A stretch of DNA of 64,000 nucleotides from Octopus vulgaris (GCA_951406725.2 OX597835.1:23746001-23810000); one strand, 5' to 3'. Positions 41,691 through 55,757 are shown, counted from the first letter of the stretch. Notes: generated from the sequence alone by a model not told the origin. Program-made: numbers and translations.

Positions 41691-43149
41691 CTCTCACACA
41701 CACACACAAACACACAAGCACTCACATACAAGAAGACACTTGCTCATGGTATGCAGAGGGATTGAACCTGAAGCCACGTGGTTGGGAAGCAAACTTCTTG
41801 ACCACACAGCTATGACTGTAATTCACCCCAGTGAATTGCAGTTAAGTGAAAAGGTACTCAACCCCATTAGGTAGAGTAGGGATAATACTATTTATTTAGA
41901 ATTAAGTTTATAGGTGTTATTAACCTCCACCACCACTGACAACAACAACAACACTATCACTATAACTGCTATTATACCTGTATTCCCATTACTCTTTTCT
42001 ACTCTAGGCACAAGCCCCAAAATTTTGGGGGAGGGGGCCAGTCGATTAGATCGAGACCAGTACACAACTGGTACTTAATTTATCGACCCTGAAAGGACAA
42101 AAGGTAAAGTCGACCTCGGTAGAATTTGAACTCAGAACGTAAAGACAGACAAAATACCTATTTCTTTACTGCCCACAAGGGGCTACACACAGAGGGGACA
42201 AACAAGGACAGACAAATGGATTAAGTCGATTATATCGACCTCAGTGTGTAACTGGTACTTACTTAATCGACCCCAAAAGGATGAAAGGCACAGTTGACCT
42301 TGGCGGAATTTGAACTAAGAACGTAGCGGCAGACAAAATACCACTAAGCATTTCACCCAGTGTGCTAATGTTTCTGCCAGCTCGCCGACTTCCTGTCTCC
42401 CAATTATTGTCACTATCAAAGTGGCGAGCTGGCAGAATTGTTAGCATGCTGGGTGAAATACTTAGTGGTATTTCGTCTGCCGCTACGTTCTGAGTTCAAA
42501 TTCTGCCAAGGTCAGCTTTGCCTTTCATCCTTTCAGGGGTCGATTAAATAAGTACCAGTTACGCACTGGGTCGATATAATCGACTTAATCCATTTGTCTG
42601 TCCTTGTTTGTCCCCCTCTGTGTTTAGCCCCTTGTGGGTAGTAAAGAAATAGGTATTTCGTCTGCCGCTACGTTCTGAGTTCAAATTCCGCCAAGGTCAG
42701 CTTTGCCTTTCATCCTTTCGGGGGTCGATTAAATAAGTACCAGTTACGCACTGGGGTCGATATAATCGACTTAATCCATTTGTCTGTCCTTGTTTGTCCC
42801 CCTCTGTGTGTAGCCCCTTGTGGTTAGTAAAGAAACAGATATTTCGTCTGCCTCTATGTTCTGAGTTCAAATTCCGCTGAGGTCAACTTTGCTTATCCTC
42901 CTAGGGTCGATATAAATTAAGTACCAGTTGAGTACTGGTGATCGACTGTCCCGCTCCCCACAAAATCCAGGCCTTGTGCTGATAGAAGAAAGGATTATTG
43001 TCACCATCATGACCACCATCTCCACCGCCATTGCCATAATAGCCACTCCACCACCATGAACAGCTTTTCTGTCAGCACCAACAGCATTTTCACCACCACC
43101 ACCACCACTATGCAAAATCACAAGTTATCTGCATATGCTGCGCATATTA

Positions 43150-43336
43150 CTTAAGCAGTCAACTGCACAAAGTTGCTTCTGCAGTTTGGAAACAAAAATA
43201 GCTTTTTTTTTTGTTTTTATTTTCAACAACAACAACAACAACAACAGCAGCAGCAGTAAAACCAACAGCAGCAGCAGCAGCAGCAGGAACAGTGTTAAGA
43301 GCAGAAGCATTTAGATCAATGCGACATCGGACTTAG
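43150..43336 (+). other. Candidate 5' non-coding exon of hexokinase (5' boundary uncertain)
   Basis: Unique sequence with (CAA)/(CAG) tracts ending in a consensus donor TAG|GTAAGT at 43337. The first HK coding exon has an acceptor 12 nt before its ATG, implying an upstream exon. Confidence 0.35.
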
Positions 43337-44479
43337 GTAAGTGAATTTGGTTATCCAATGATTCTAATTTCATTGAGAGAAGCAGAATATCTCACATCTG
43401 TAGCAGGAATGGTAGGTTTGTACAGCTGTTGTGATGTTCATGCCCTTCTCATGTAAAGTAAATATTCCAAGAGTCATTCACCCTATAAAAGAGCCTCTAT
43501 ATCGCCATCACTTGAAAGGCGGTTGAATTCTCACCATGACACACCTTCACAAGTTTAAGGGAGGTTTTTAGCTGCTGTTTCTAGCATGCCAACAACAGGA
43601 TCGAGTATATAGCATCATAAGAAAGTGTGAAGGAGGGAGAGGGGGAGGGATAGGATGACATAAAGCTTTTATGCCCTTCTCAAGGGCGTTAATTATATAA
43701 GGAGTGCGTAATAGCAGTAATTTTGAATTTGAATAGAAACTGGGTCACATATATCTGTAAATAGGAACTTGCTCTGACAGTGATGATGATGATGATGATG
43801 ATGATGTCAGTGGTGGTGACGGTGGTGATAGTGGTGGTGGTGGTGGTCCCCCCCCCCCGGGTAGTGATGGGTGTAGGTGAGTGTATGTAGGAGGATAGTG
43901 AAGTAGGTACAAAAGATTTACGACTTAAATGTGTCTTCAGGTTGATCCTACTGCTATGCGATATTAGTTTTCTGTGTGCTGACACGTCAGAGCCAAAACA
44001 GCCGGTGCATTGAGATGTATGTATGTACACATTCACGTGTCAAACAATAGTGTCGATATTTTCATTACATATAATGTGTGCATATGTATCAGTGTGTGTG
44101 TGTGTGTGTGTGTTTCTGTTCTGTATTGAAGTTTTAGAATTTGTTTTATCTAGGGAGCCAATCAGTTGACGACAAAAGTTGTAACCGGAACATTTTATTT
44201 TTTCAGAAAAACAGTTGGGGCAGACTTGTTCTCTTTATTATCAATTGTGCTGGTTTTTCTCTTATAAATGTTAAGGGCTTGAAGATTTTTATTGTTCCAA
44301 ATAGCACAGTATGAGAATTGCGTAGCTCAGTTCATCCTCTAAGAATACAAGTTCAGCTGCATTTTGTCCCAGGACATTTCCTCCATGCTCCGATAACAAT
44401 GGATTTAACACCAGAACTGCATTTTGGATCCGGTCTTTTAAATGTTTTCTTTCTTAGGTATTTTTCTCACCACTTAACT

Positions 44480-45276
<797 letters not shown>

Positions 45277-45421
45277 AAAGTAATTAAGATTCAAGGGAGT
45301 TCTGTTGAATTCACATGAATGAGGTACTTAACTTAGATGCACCAGAAATCTATATGCTATTAACCATAAGATAATGTGAGGTGATTATAAGCAAGAAAAA
45401 AGCAACAAAAATGGATCAATA

Positions 45422-45510
45422 TTTCGGTACAATTGTTTCGTACGAAGACACCTTTATTAAGGCTGCAAATATTGCAGCAAATATACGTGGCCCGTACTCA
45501 TCAGCCGAAA
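45422..45510 (-). ncRNA. Type I hammerhead ribozyme, intact
   Basis: Minus strand: UUUCGG-CUGAUGA-GUACG...CGUAC-GAAAC-AAUU-GUA^CCGAAA; 6-bp stem I, 5-bp stem II, palindromic stem III. Confidence 0.85.
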
Positions 45511-45696
45511 AAAACATCTGAGTTCTCAAAACATCTAAGGGGGTGATGTTACACTCATGAAACATTCGGGATAGTTCTATAAAAATCAGATTTAGATAAT
45601 AAACGGACATACAAAGTTCTCCAATGTTGCACAGTCAAATAACAGGCTTTAAAAAAGTATTTTAAAAAACCTCTTAGTTTCACAACCTCTTAGTTG

Positions 45697-45733
<37 letters not shown>

Positions 45734-45835
45734 AATTATTTCTGTGGGAGATTTTGGAACATAACACCCATGATTACTATATATATATATATGTATATAT
45801 TTATATATATACTCACACACACACACACACACATT

Positions 45836-46306
45836 TATGAATTCGTTTTGCAAGATTCCTGATGTGGAATTGTGTGTTGAAACAGATATTGTTCTTTTTG
45901 CGAATGGTCATTCTTTTTTCTTGTCAAATAAACACACACACCATACATTTGTTTTTCACTCGTTTATTATTGTTCTTTTTTTATGTCCATTTGTCTGGAA
46001 ATCTTTTGTCACATATCATGTGACCTCTTTAGTGACTTTCCAATCTCACATGTTTCCTCCTGTTCTGTTTAGCTCATTCTGTTGCTGAAGAGGTTACAGA
46101 TGTGTGATGAAAGATTTCCAGAAAATGGACGTAAGATAAAATAAAAAAAAAAAATAAAAAACAATAATAAACAAAGTGAAGAATGAATATATGGTGTGTG
46201 TGTGTTTATTGGATAAGGAAAAAAAAGAAATGACCATCCCGAAATATAACAAAATCTGCTTCAACACACAGTTCCACACCAGGAATCTTGCAAAACAAAT
46301 TCATAA
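45836..46306. repeat. Two diverged copies of a ~200-bp repeat in inverted orientation
   Basis: 45836-46038 aligns with the reverse complement of ~46082-46306 (TTATGAATT.GTTTTGCAAGATTCCTG.TGTGGAA...). Confidence 0.8.
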
Positions 46307-46655
46307 ACGTATATATATATATATATTTATATACATACACACACTGTAAAAATTGAATATATATATATCACGTGACCGATCAGACCATCAGATGTTGCTA
46401 CACATCGCTGGTCACAATGCGTTCGCATTGTTTTAGCCTTCGAATGATGCCACCCCACTGGCTAAGCGAGCAGGCCAACAGAAGAAAGAGAGAAAGAGTG
46501 GTGAAAGAGTACAACAGGGATCACCACCCCCTGCCGGAGCGTCGTGGAGCTTTTTTTTTTTAGGTGTTTTCGCTCAATAAACACACACAACACCCTGTCT
46601 GGGAATGGAAACCGAGATCCTACGACCGCGAGTCCGCTGCCCTAACCACTGGGCC

Positions 46656-46693
<38 letters not shown>

Positions 46694-46769
46694 TATAGAT
46701 ATATCTATATATATATATATATTGGATAATTGATATCCCATAGTGGGTTACATTCATAACCACTATCTT

Positions 46770-46811
<42 letters not shown>

Positions 46812-46914
46812 TATATTATATATATATATATATAGATATAGATATATCTATATATATATATATGTATTCGATAATTGATATCCCATAGTGGGTTACATTC
46901 ATAACCACTATCTT

Positions 46915-46964
<50 letters not shown>

Positions 46965-47316
46965 TATAATACAAGTTTAGGGGTTATGGATGTAACCCAC
47001 TAATGGATATCAATTATCCAATATACTGTTGGTAAAGTACCCAAATTGTTAATACACAAATGTTTTTAATTGCAATGCAATTAATTTATTTATTGTATTA
47101 AATGGGTGAAGGTAAAAAAATATTTTTACTGTAAATTTATAATACAAATAAGAAAATGGAGAAACAAATTCAGTTTGTTCATCAGCTTACGGATATTACA
47201 ATGTTAGATTATTTATTCATTTTACAAATGAGAACATCAAATAAATACATAATGTAACATTGTAATATCTGAAATTTGATGAACAAACTGAATCTGCTTC
47301 TCCATTTTCTTATTTG

Positions 47317-47354
<38 letters not shown>

Positions 47355-47470
47355 GCTTGTGGTATAGCTTTGACCAACTAGGTTCCGAGTTCAGTCCCAT
47401 TGCGCATCTTGGCCAAGTGTCTAACTTAATAGCCCACCAATAAGGCCTTGTGAGTGGATTTGGTAGACGG

Positions 47471-47573
<103 letters not shown>

Positions 47574-48407
47574 CACAGGAGTGGCTGTGTGGTAAGTAGC
47601 TTGCTAACCAACCACATGGTTCCGGGTTCAGTCCCACTGCATGGTATCTTGGGCAAGTGTCTTGTGAGTGGATTTGGTAGACGGAAACTGATCGTATATA
47701 TGTATATATATATATATATGTGCATGTGTGTGTGTTGTGTATGTGTGTGTGTTTGTCCCCCTAGCATTGCTTGACAACCGATGCTGGTGTGTTTACGTCC
47801 CCGTTACTTAGCGGTTTGGCAAAAGTGACCGACAGTATAAGTACTGGGCTTACAAAGAATAAGTCCCGGGGTCGATTTGCTTGACTAAAGGCGGTGCTCC
47901 AGCATGGCCACAGTCAAATGACTGAAACAAGTAAAAGAGTAAAAGAGAATATATATATGTATGTATGTGTGTATGTGTGTGTGTTTGTGTATGTGTGAAT
48001 GTGTGGTTAAAGGTGATATCAGGATGTTGAACTTGAGTAAAGAGATGCCAAAGAATGTAACAAATGGCAAGTCACTGTGTTGGATAGGATCCATCTAACC
48101 CATGCAAGCAGACATAAAAATAATGAAGGTGATGAAGATGATTATATACCTAATTATTTCTATATATATATATATATATATGCACAGATTTCTACAACTG
48201 ATACTGTTTTTACCTGCTGAAGTTTCCTGCATATTGTTCAAAACACAGGTTTTAAATGTAAACATATATTCATGTACCAGCATATGCACACACAACCAAG
48301 CCGAAGGAATCCATATATAGTAGCTTCACCTACAAGAAATAGCAGCCAAATATTTCTGAAATCACCCTATCATCTCCAAAAAGGGGGACATTTTGAACAA
48401 TGTAATA

Positions 48408-48613
<206 letters not shown>

Positions 48614-48653
48614 CTGCAGCTTTAAGAACTATAAATTCTGTGCTGCACAGAAT

Positions 48654-48704
48654 TTTTTCAGTGAACAGGTCGCGGTCTCAAAGCGCCGAAAATATTTTGA
48701 CAAA
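48654..48704 (+). ncRNA. Hammerhead-like motif with G3-C8 core variant
   Basis: UUUUUCA-GUGAACA-GGUCGC-GGUCUCAAA-GCGCC-GAA-AAUAUU-U^UGACAAA; homologous copy at 21530-21582 (-). Confidence 0.45.
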
Positions 48705-48839
48705 TTAAATTTAAATGTCGAAGTGAATCTAACGGTTTTTGTGTTTCTTAAATGGCTTATAAACACCTTCCACGCTGCAATTGTTTTCGTTCCCACACAC
48801 AATCTCAGATCAGATCACTTGATATGCAAGTACATCTCC

Positions 48840-48886
<47 letters not shown>

Positions 48887-48976
48887 TAATGTAGGATAAA
48901 ATTTTTTTCGAAAAAATATTTTATCAATGGCCAGCATATTAAAAAATATTTTTATAGGTTAAAATTATAAACAACT

Positions 48977-49042
<66 letters not shown>

Positions 49043-49314
49043 CTTTAAATAGAACACCCAAGTCTGAAATCTATTTAGAATACCACATGTCTATAATGAA
49101 TGTAGAATAATTCAAAGGAAAAGTGTTCTATAAATAATCGCGCCCAAACGGTCCAATAAAATTTGTCAATGTCAAGAAAGACTCGTGGTGGTGGTGGTGG
49201 TGCTGTGAATAGCAACTCATTGTTGTACAACATGATTTACTACTAACACTGCCAAGCCTGATTCAAACTAATAACGGAGAGAATTACTACTCCTTGAATA
49301 ACAACATATTTATT

Positions 49315-49390
49315 CACCCTGAAGAGATCATATAAATTATGCATAAATCCCTGCATATAAATATGCAGCAATCGAAACACGTGTCAGACA
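49315..49390 (+). ncRNA. Hammerhead core with eroded stem I
   Basis: CUGAAGA-GAU...AUC-GAAAC-ACGU-GUC; palindromic stem III; stem I does not pair well. Confidence 0.45.
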
Positions 49391-49568
49391 ATTATTATGA
49401 ATAGACCAAGCAGAAAGTGTGAATGTTCAAATTCTTTGCTTTCCTTATTATTAGTATTGTGATACTTTGGGAAATAGACCTTAAATCGAACCATCGGAAA
49501 AAACTGGCCTTGGCCCTTTACATAGAGTAATGCGTTATCTGCCTGGATATTTATATCCCTCCTCTTAC

Positions 49569-49644
<76 letters not shown>

Positions 49645-49948
49645 CATTAGGAAGGGCATCCAGCTGTATAAAAACTGCCAGATCAGACTGGAGCCTGGTG
49701 CAACCTCCTGGCTTCCCAGACCCATGCTAGCACGGAAAACAGATGTTAAACGATGATGATGATATACATACATACATACATATATATATATACATATATA
49801 CATATACATATATTTTTTTTTGATTTTGATTTTCCAGTTTCAGCTAATGAGCTGTGGCCATGCTGGGGCACCGCCATATATATATATTTCATTAAGAAAA
49901 TTGAGACATAATTAATAAATTATTTATTAATTAAAAAATTGACAACAT

Positions 49949-50034
49949 CACTTACAGCTGTTTCAATTCTAGACCTTCAGAAAATTAATTAATGAAATTT
50001 AAAATTATTTGAAAGTCAAATCGCATCAGAGGTA
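49949..50034 (-). ncRNA. Degenerate hammerhead motif
   Basis: Minus: ACCU-CUGAUGC-GAUU...AAUU-GAAAC-AGCU-GUA^AGUG; A9>C and stem I partly mismatched. Confidence 0.45.
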
Positions 50035-50725
50035 GTTTGAGTTATACAAAATACATTTTCAATTCCTGCACCTCGCCCTTGGACCCGACGAGACCTCCCG
50101 CCCGTTCCTGGGATGTCGCTTGTCGTTGGGTTTTCCCACGCCCGTCTCCGCGGGACCACTCTTCCATCTTCCCCTCCGCTGGAGTCCTTTTCCTAAACCC
50201 CCCCCTTTTTTTTTTTCCGTTACACACACGCGCACACATATACACACATTGCTTAAACATATACATTACTCTTACACACATTCAATCTACTCGCCACTAA
50301 TACTACCACGACACTGGACACACACACACACTACTACTCAACACACGCTGGCACGCTACATACGCCCCCACCCCTTCCCCTCCCTCCCTTCCTCCTTCCT
50401 CCCTTTTCTTACTACTGACCTTTGTCTGCTATGCTGCTGCTATGCTGACCACCGTCTCGCCCTACCTCACACGCCTACACACAGACGCACACACTAACAC
50501 ATACATATATTTTTTGTTTTTTTACCTCGCCTCACACACACACATACACACACATCTGTTGCGTTACCAACCTTGTCTCCACTCTTTTGCCTTTAAAAAC
50601 CCACTTTGCTCTTGTTATCGTAAACATCCGCCTTTCACCATGTGCTACTCCTAACACCAGTCGTTTTTTTCTCTATCTCCGTTGCCCGCTCCGGGATCTT
50701 TCTTTCCTCTCTCTTCCTTCTTTAT

Positions 50726-50760
50726 GTTTCCGACGAAGAGCTCCGCTCGAAACGTCATAC
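50726..50760 (+). ncRNA. Ultra-minimal hammerhead motif (degenerate)
   Basis: GUUU-CCGACGA-A-GAGC-UCC-GCUC-GAAAC-GUC^AUAC; no stem III loop; U4>C. Confidence 0.45.
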
Positions 50761-50846
50761 CTCCCTGCTTCCATTTCCTGAGCGCCTATTAATAATAATA
50801 CTGTAATTGTTCCATTGTTGTTGTTTTTTTGTTTCCCGTTTGGATT

Positions 50847-50925
<79 letters not shown>

Positions 50926-51418
50926 TTAATGTTTGTCTATATATTCAGTTATTATAAAAACAATTTTACATTAATCTGATAGGCTACTCTATGCGTTTGA
51001 GGTGTACAAATTTATTATTCTTAAATGAGAATGTTTTTGACAGTAGTTTCAAAGTTTCTGCCACTCCACAGACACGTGTACCCTTAATATAGTTCTCACA
51101 GAGATTCAGCATGACACAGAGTGTGACAAGGCTGGCCCTTTGAAATACAGGTTCAACAGGAACAGGAAGAAAGAGTGAGAGAAAGTTGTGGTGAAAGAGA
51201 ACAGCAGGGTTCACCACCACCCCCTGCCGGAGTCTCATGGAGCTTTAGATGTTTTTGCTCAATAAACACTCACAATGCCCGGTCTGGGAATCGAAACTAC
51301 GATCCTGTGACTATGAGTCTGCTGCCCTAACCACTGGGCCATTGTACCGCCATGTATATAATATATAACTGTCTAACCCATGCTAGCATGGAGAACGGAC
51401 GTTAAACGATGATGATGA

Positions 51419-51470
<52 letters not shown>

Positions 51471-51805
51471 GAAAATGGAGAAATACATCTAAATCAAATA
51501 TCAATTACCAGATAATACTCTTAGATGTATTTCTCCATTTTCTTATTTTGTATTAGTAATTTGTGGTAAAACATTTTACCTTTGCCCATATAATACAGTA
51601 AATGAATTGATTGCATCGCAATCCTTAACATTTATGTATTAACCTTGTTGGGTACTTCACTAGCAGTATATTGGATAAATGTTATCCCATGGAGGGTTGC
51701 ATTTACAACCCCTATCTCAATTTGTATATATATATATAAAATTTAATAAGGGTAGAAATTGATATTAATCAATTAAAACCAGTGGCACAGCATATTAAAA
51801 ATCCA

Positions 51806-51951
51806 AAGATTAAAATATTTTTACATACAAAATTTGACCGTCCACTTTTAGTGGTCAGTCCTTTAAATTTTATATATATATATATAAAATTTAAAGGACT
51901 GACCACTAAAAGTGGACGGTCAAATTTTGTATGTAGAAATATTTTAATCTT
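51806..51951. repeat. Near-perfect palindrome with (TA)n centre
   Basis: AAGATTAAAATATTTTTACATACAAAATTTGACCGTCCACTTTTAGTGGTCAGTCCTTTAAATTT followed by its reverse complement, 1 mismatch seen. Confidence 0.9.
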
Positions 51952-52819
51952 ATATATATACATATATACATACATACACACACACATACATATGTACATA
52001 CATACATACACACACACACATACATTCATATATATACACACTACATAGCTGTGTGGTTGCAGGTGCAGAAATGGCAATGTGGTTTAGAAGCTTGCTTTGC
52101 AATCACTTGGTTTCAGGTTCTGTCCCACTCCATGCCACCTTTGCCATCCATATATACATACATTCACACACTCAACATTATTCTCCCAGGACACACGCTA
52201 CCCCCCACCCCCCTCCCAGTATGTCTCGCACCTGGACCTGCCTTGACATGTCAAGAATGCTGCGTATGTAAATATTCATTCCAGATTTTGCTGCAGACAG
52301 TATAAATAATGATTTTTTTTTTTGCATTAACATAGTGGGTGCCCTACATCTTTCTCTGGTCTCAGTGTGTGTGTGTGTGTGTATTGGTTGAAGGTACCCT
52401 GTGGTCTGTTAGAAGGTTCGTTACAGATTTCTTCCCTGTCATATCCAGACAAGCTGTTACCACTAGCATCAATGCTAACATTGGACTCAGTAAAACACTA
52501 AATTAGTGCTTGTTAAGATCGGCTGTACTGTTCCATGAGGGATATGAAAAATTTTTTATTGGTGCTGAGGACAATACATGTGGTAGGGGGGGAGCAATAG
52601 ATACATTTGTATGAAAATTATTGAACACACCACAAAAGAATCAGAACTAATTCAATTATAGGCATAGGAGTGGCTGTGTGATAAGTAGCTTGCTTACGAA
52701 CCACATAGTTCCGGGTTGAGTCCCACTGCGTGGGACCTTGGGCAAGTGTCTTCTACTATAGCCTCAGGCTGACCAAAGCCTTGTGAGTTGATTTGGTAGA
52801 AAGAAACTGAAAGAAGCCT

Positions 52820-52900
<81 letters not shown>

Positions 52901-52931
52901 GGCTATATATATATATATATACATATACTTA

Positions 52932-52981
<50 letters not shown>

Positions 52982-53499
52982 TATACATGTATGTATGTAT
53001 GTATTTGTCTGTCTATGTTTGTCCCTGCACCATCACTTGATAACAAATGTTGGTGTGTTTATGTCCCTGTAGCTTAGCGGTTCGGCAACAGGGACCGATA
53101 AAATAAGTGCTAGGCTTACAAATAATAAGTCCATGAGTCGATTTGTTCGACTGAAGGCAATGCTCCAGCATGGCCGCAGTCGAATGACTGAAGCAAGTAA
53201 AAGAATAAAAGAAACACATTCATGTATACAACATATACACACTCATTCATACATGATCTATGTTTATACATTCACACCCGTCCAGTGTGTACATCCATCC
53301 AGCCACTCACAAATATTTTGTAGGCAGAGGCGGGATCTGAAATACTTTCTTTGTGTTCACCCTTAAACTTCTTTATTCCTTTGTTGAAATAAAGACATTT
53401 GTATGCACGTGTGTATCTATCTGTTCATCCAGCACTATCTCTCTCTCTCTCTTTGCCTGTCTGTCTGTCTGTCTGTCTAGCTCTCTCCCCTACTCTCTG

Positions 53500-53526
53500 T
53501 TTTCTTTCTTCCTTCCTTCCTTCTTT

Positions 53527-53560
<34 letters not shown>

Positions 53561-53647
53561 TTCCTTCTTTTCTTTCTTTCTTCCTTCCTTTTTTCCTTTC
53601 TTTCTTTCTTTCTTCCTTTCTTTCATTCTTTCTTTCTTCCTTCCTTC

Positions 53648-53680
<33 letters not shown>

Positions 53681-53715
53681 TTTCTTCCTTTCTTCCTTCC
53701 TTCCTTCCTTCCTTC

Positions 53716-53788
<73 letters not shown>

Positions 53789-53810
53789 TTTCTTTCTTTC
53801 ATTCATTCAT
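53500..53810. repeat. (CTTT)n/(CTTC)n polypyrimidine tract
   Basis: Direct inspection; source of spurious F/L/S ORFs. Confidence 0.95.
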
Positions 53811-54140
53811 TCTCTGTCTGTCTGTTTGTCTCTCTTCTCCCCACTCTCTTTCTGTTTATCTATCTTCTCTCCACTCTCTGTCTGTCTGTCTCTGTCTCTG
53901 TCTCTCTCTGTCTCTCTCTCTCTCTCTCCAGCTGTCCTGTCAGTCTAATTTTCCCTTCCACTGTCTTTTTCACTCTCCCTATCTCTCCCTCATCCCTCTT
54001 CTTGTCTCTCCTCTTCCCCTCCCCGCTCTCCAATCTCCCCCCACTCTGTATAGATATATATATATCTATATCTGTATGTATAATACTTTGATTATAAAGA
54101 ATTAAATTCTGTGAACATCTACTTGCAGACCACCAGCAAC

Positions 54141-54209
54141 ATGATTCTTCCCATGACATACCCGGAATCTGTGATCAAGTCTTTGTTTACTGATGAAGAA
54201 TCAGAGCAG
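54141..54209 (+). CDS. HK: Hexokinase, probable first coding exon
   Basis: Acceptor ttgcag at 54123-54128, ATG in good context (agcaacATG), MILPMTYPESVIKSLFTDEESEQ, donor CAG|gtaggt; phase 0 joins next exon in frame. The N-terminus is not conserved, so the call rests on splice logic. Confidence 0.65.
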
Positions 54210-55271
54210 GTAGGTACCCTGTTAAAATGTTTACATCCACCCAGTATCCATAATTCTTACAATATCAGGCTTAACCTGAACTTAAATAACAACAACAACA
54301 AAAATAAAGAGAATGGATGGCCGGATGGCTGTTCTAAGCACTGATGTGTATAAACACAAGGTTATTGCCAATTCAAATATGTCTGGGATATATTTGAACT
54401 TGCAGGGAAGCCATTCACTGTGTTTTGTTATGGAGAAATTTCTCATCTAATCATCACCATCACTATCACCATCACCATTTTTTAATGTCTACTTTTCCAT
54501 GCTTGCTTAGGTCAGATGGAATTCATCGAGTAGGTTTTCTACAGCTGGATGCCCTTCCTGTTGCCAAACCTCACCTGTTTCCAAGCAAGGCAATATTTCC
54601 CCCATTATCAGACATGTTTTCATGGAAGATTGGAAATGCATGACATTGCTTGTATGAAGGTGATACTTGTTGTATAACTGTCATGTGATATCAAGACATG
54701 GGTGCATATACACACATTGCTCACACACAGACATACATACACACACACACAAATACATGACCTATCAAATTCTAGATCTGAAATTTTTATTAAATGTAAA
54801 CATATGGACAAACTTCTTCTGTTGAACTGGAGGACCTTTCTCTCCCAATTAAGCATGCACTGTTATAAACTTTGACCTCTTTGTTGAATGAATTTGCACC
54901 AACCATCTGATTTGAATGGGCCAAAGGGATGCAACCCTTAACCTCCCTTTTATTCATTCCCTTTTTTTCTTTTACTTTGCTTACTTTTTCTCAAAGACCA
55001 GAGCTTGTCTCATTTTAACTTTTTGAAAGAATAGCTCCCTTTCTTGTTTGTTCAAAAAAACAAAAAACAAAACAAAAGGCCAGCTATTTTGTATATTTGA
55101 GTCTGAAAGATTGCTTGGAAACACAGGGCTCACTATACAAGCTTGTCAGAATATCATGTTTTCACAGTATGAAACTAATAGAAGCTTGAATTTAAATACT
55201 ATGTATAATGATCACTTTCTTGTTGATCCTACCAGTAATGGAACAATGAATTATATAGATGTGTGTGCGTG

Positions 55272-55303
<32 letters not shown>

Positions 55304-55516
55304 GTCATCTAAACTTAAAACGAAGTCAAAATCTCAGTACTTGTATATTTGTCAGTAGAGTGAGTACATTAATCAAACATAACACCTACTATCTCTGAAG
55401 ATCACACGTTTTTAGATAAACACCCTCTTATCTAATATCTGGTTATCTAACATACAGTGCAAAACTGATGAGTAAGATCAGCTGAACTGGAGTCATACTA
55501 CTGTACGCTTTGATTA

Positions 55517-55550
<34 letters not shown>

Positions 55551-55719
55551 GCACACACACTCATAATATATATATCAGTTTCCATCTTTCAATACCAGTC
55601 ACAATGCTGGGCTATTGTAGAAGACACTTGCCCAAGACACCATACAGTGGCACACACACATTCATGCACACATGCACGCACGCACATGTGTGTGTGTGCA
55701 AGCATACACACACACACTC

Positions 55720-55721
55720 AA

Positions 55722-55757
<36 letters not shown>

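Noticed and set aside
53353-54105. 250-aa and 230-aa F/L/S-rich ORFs
   Set aside because: Translations of (CTTT)n/(CT)n repeats
55463-55500. CTGATGA...GAAC...GTC hammerhead-like string
   Set aside because: Lacks GAAA and a credible stem II
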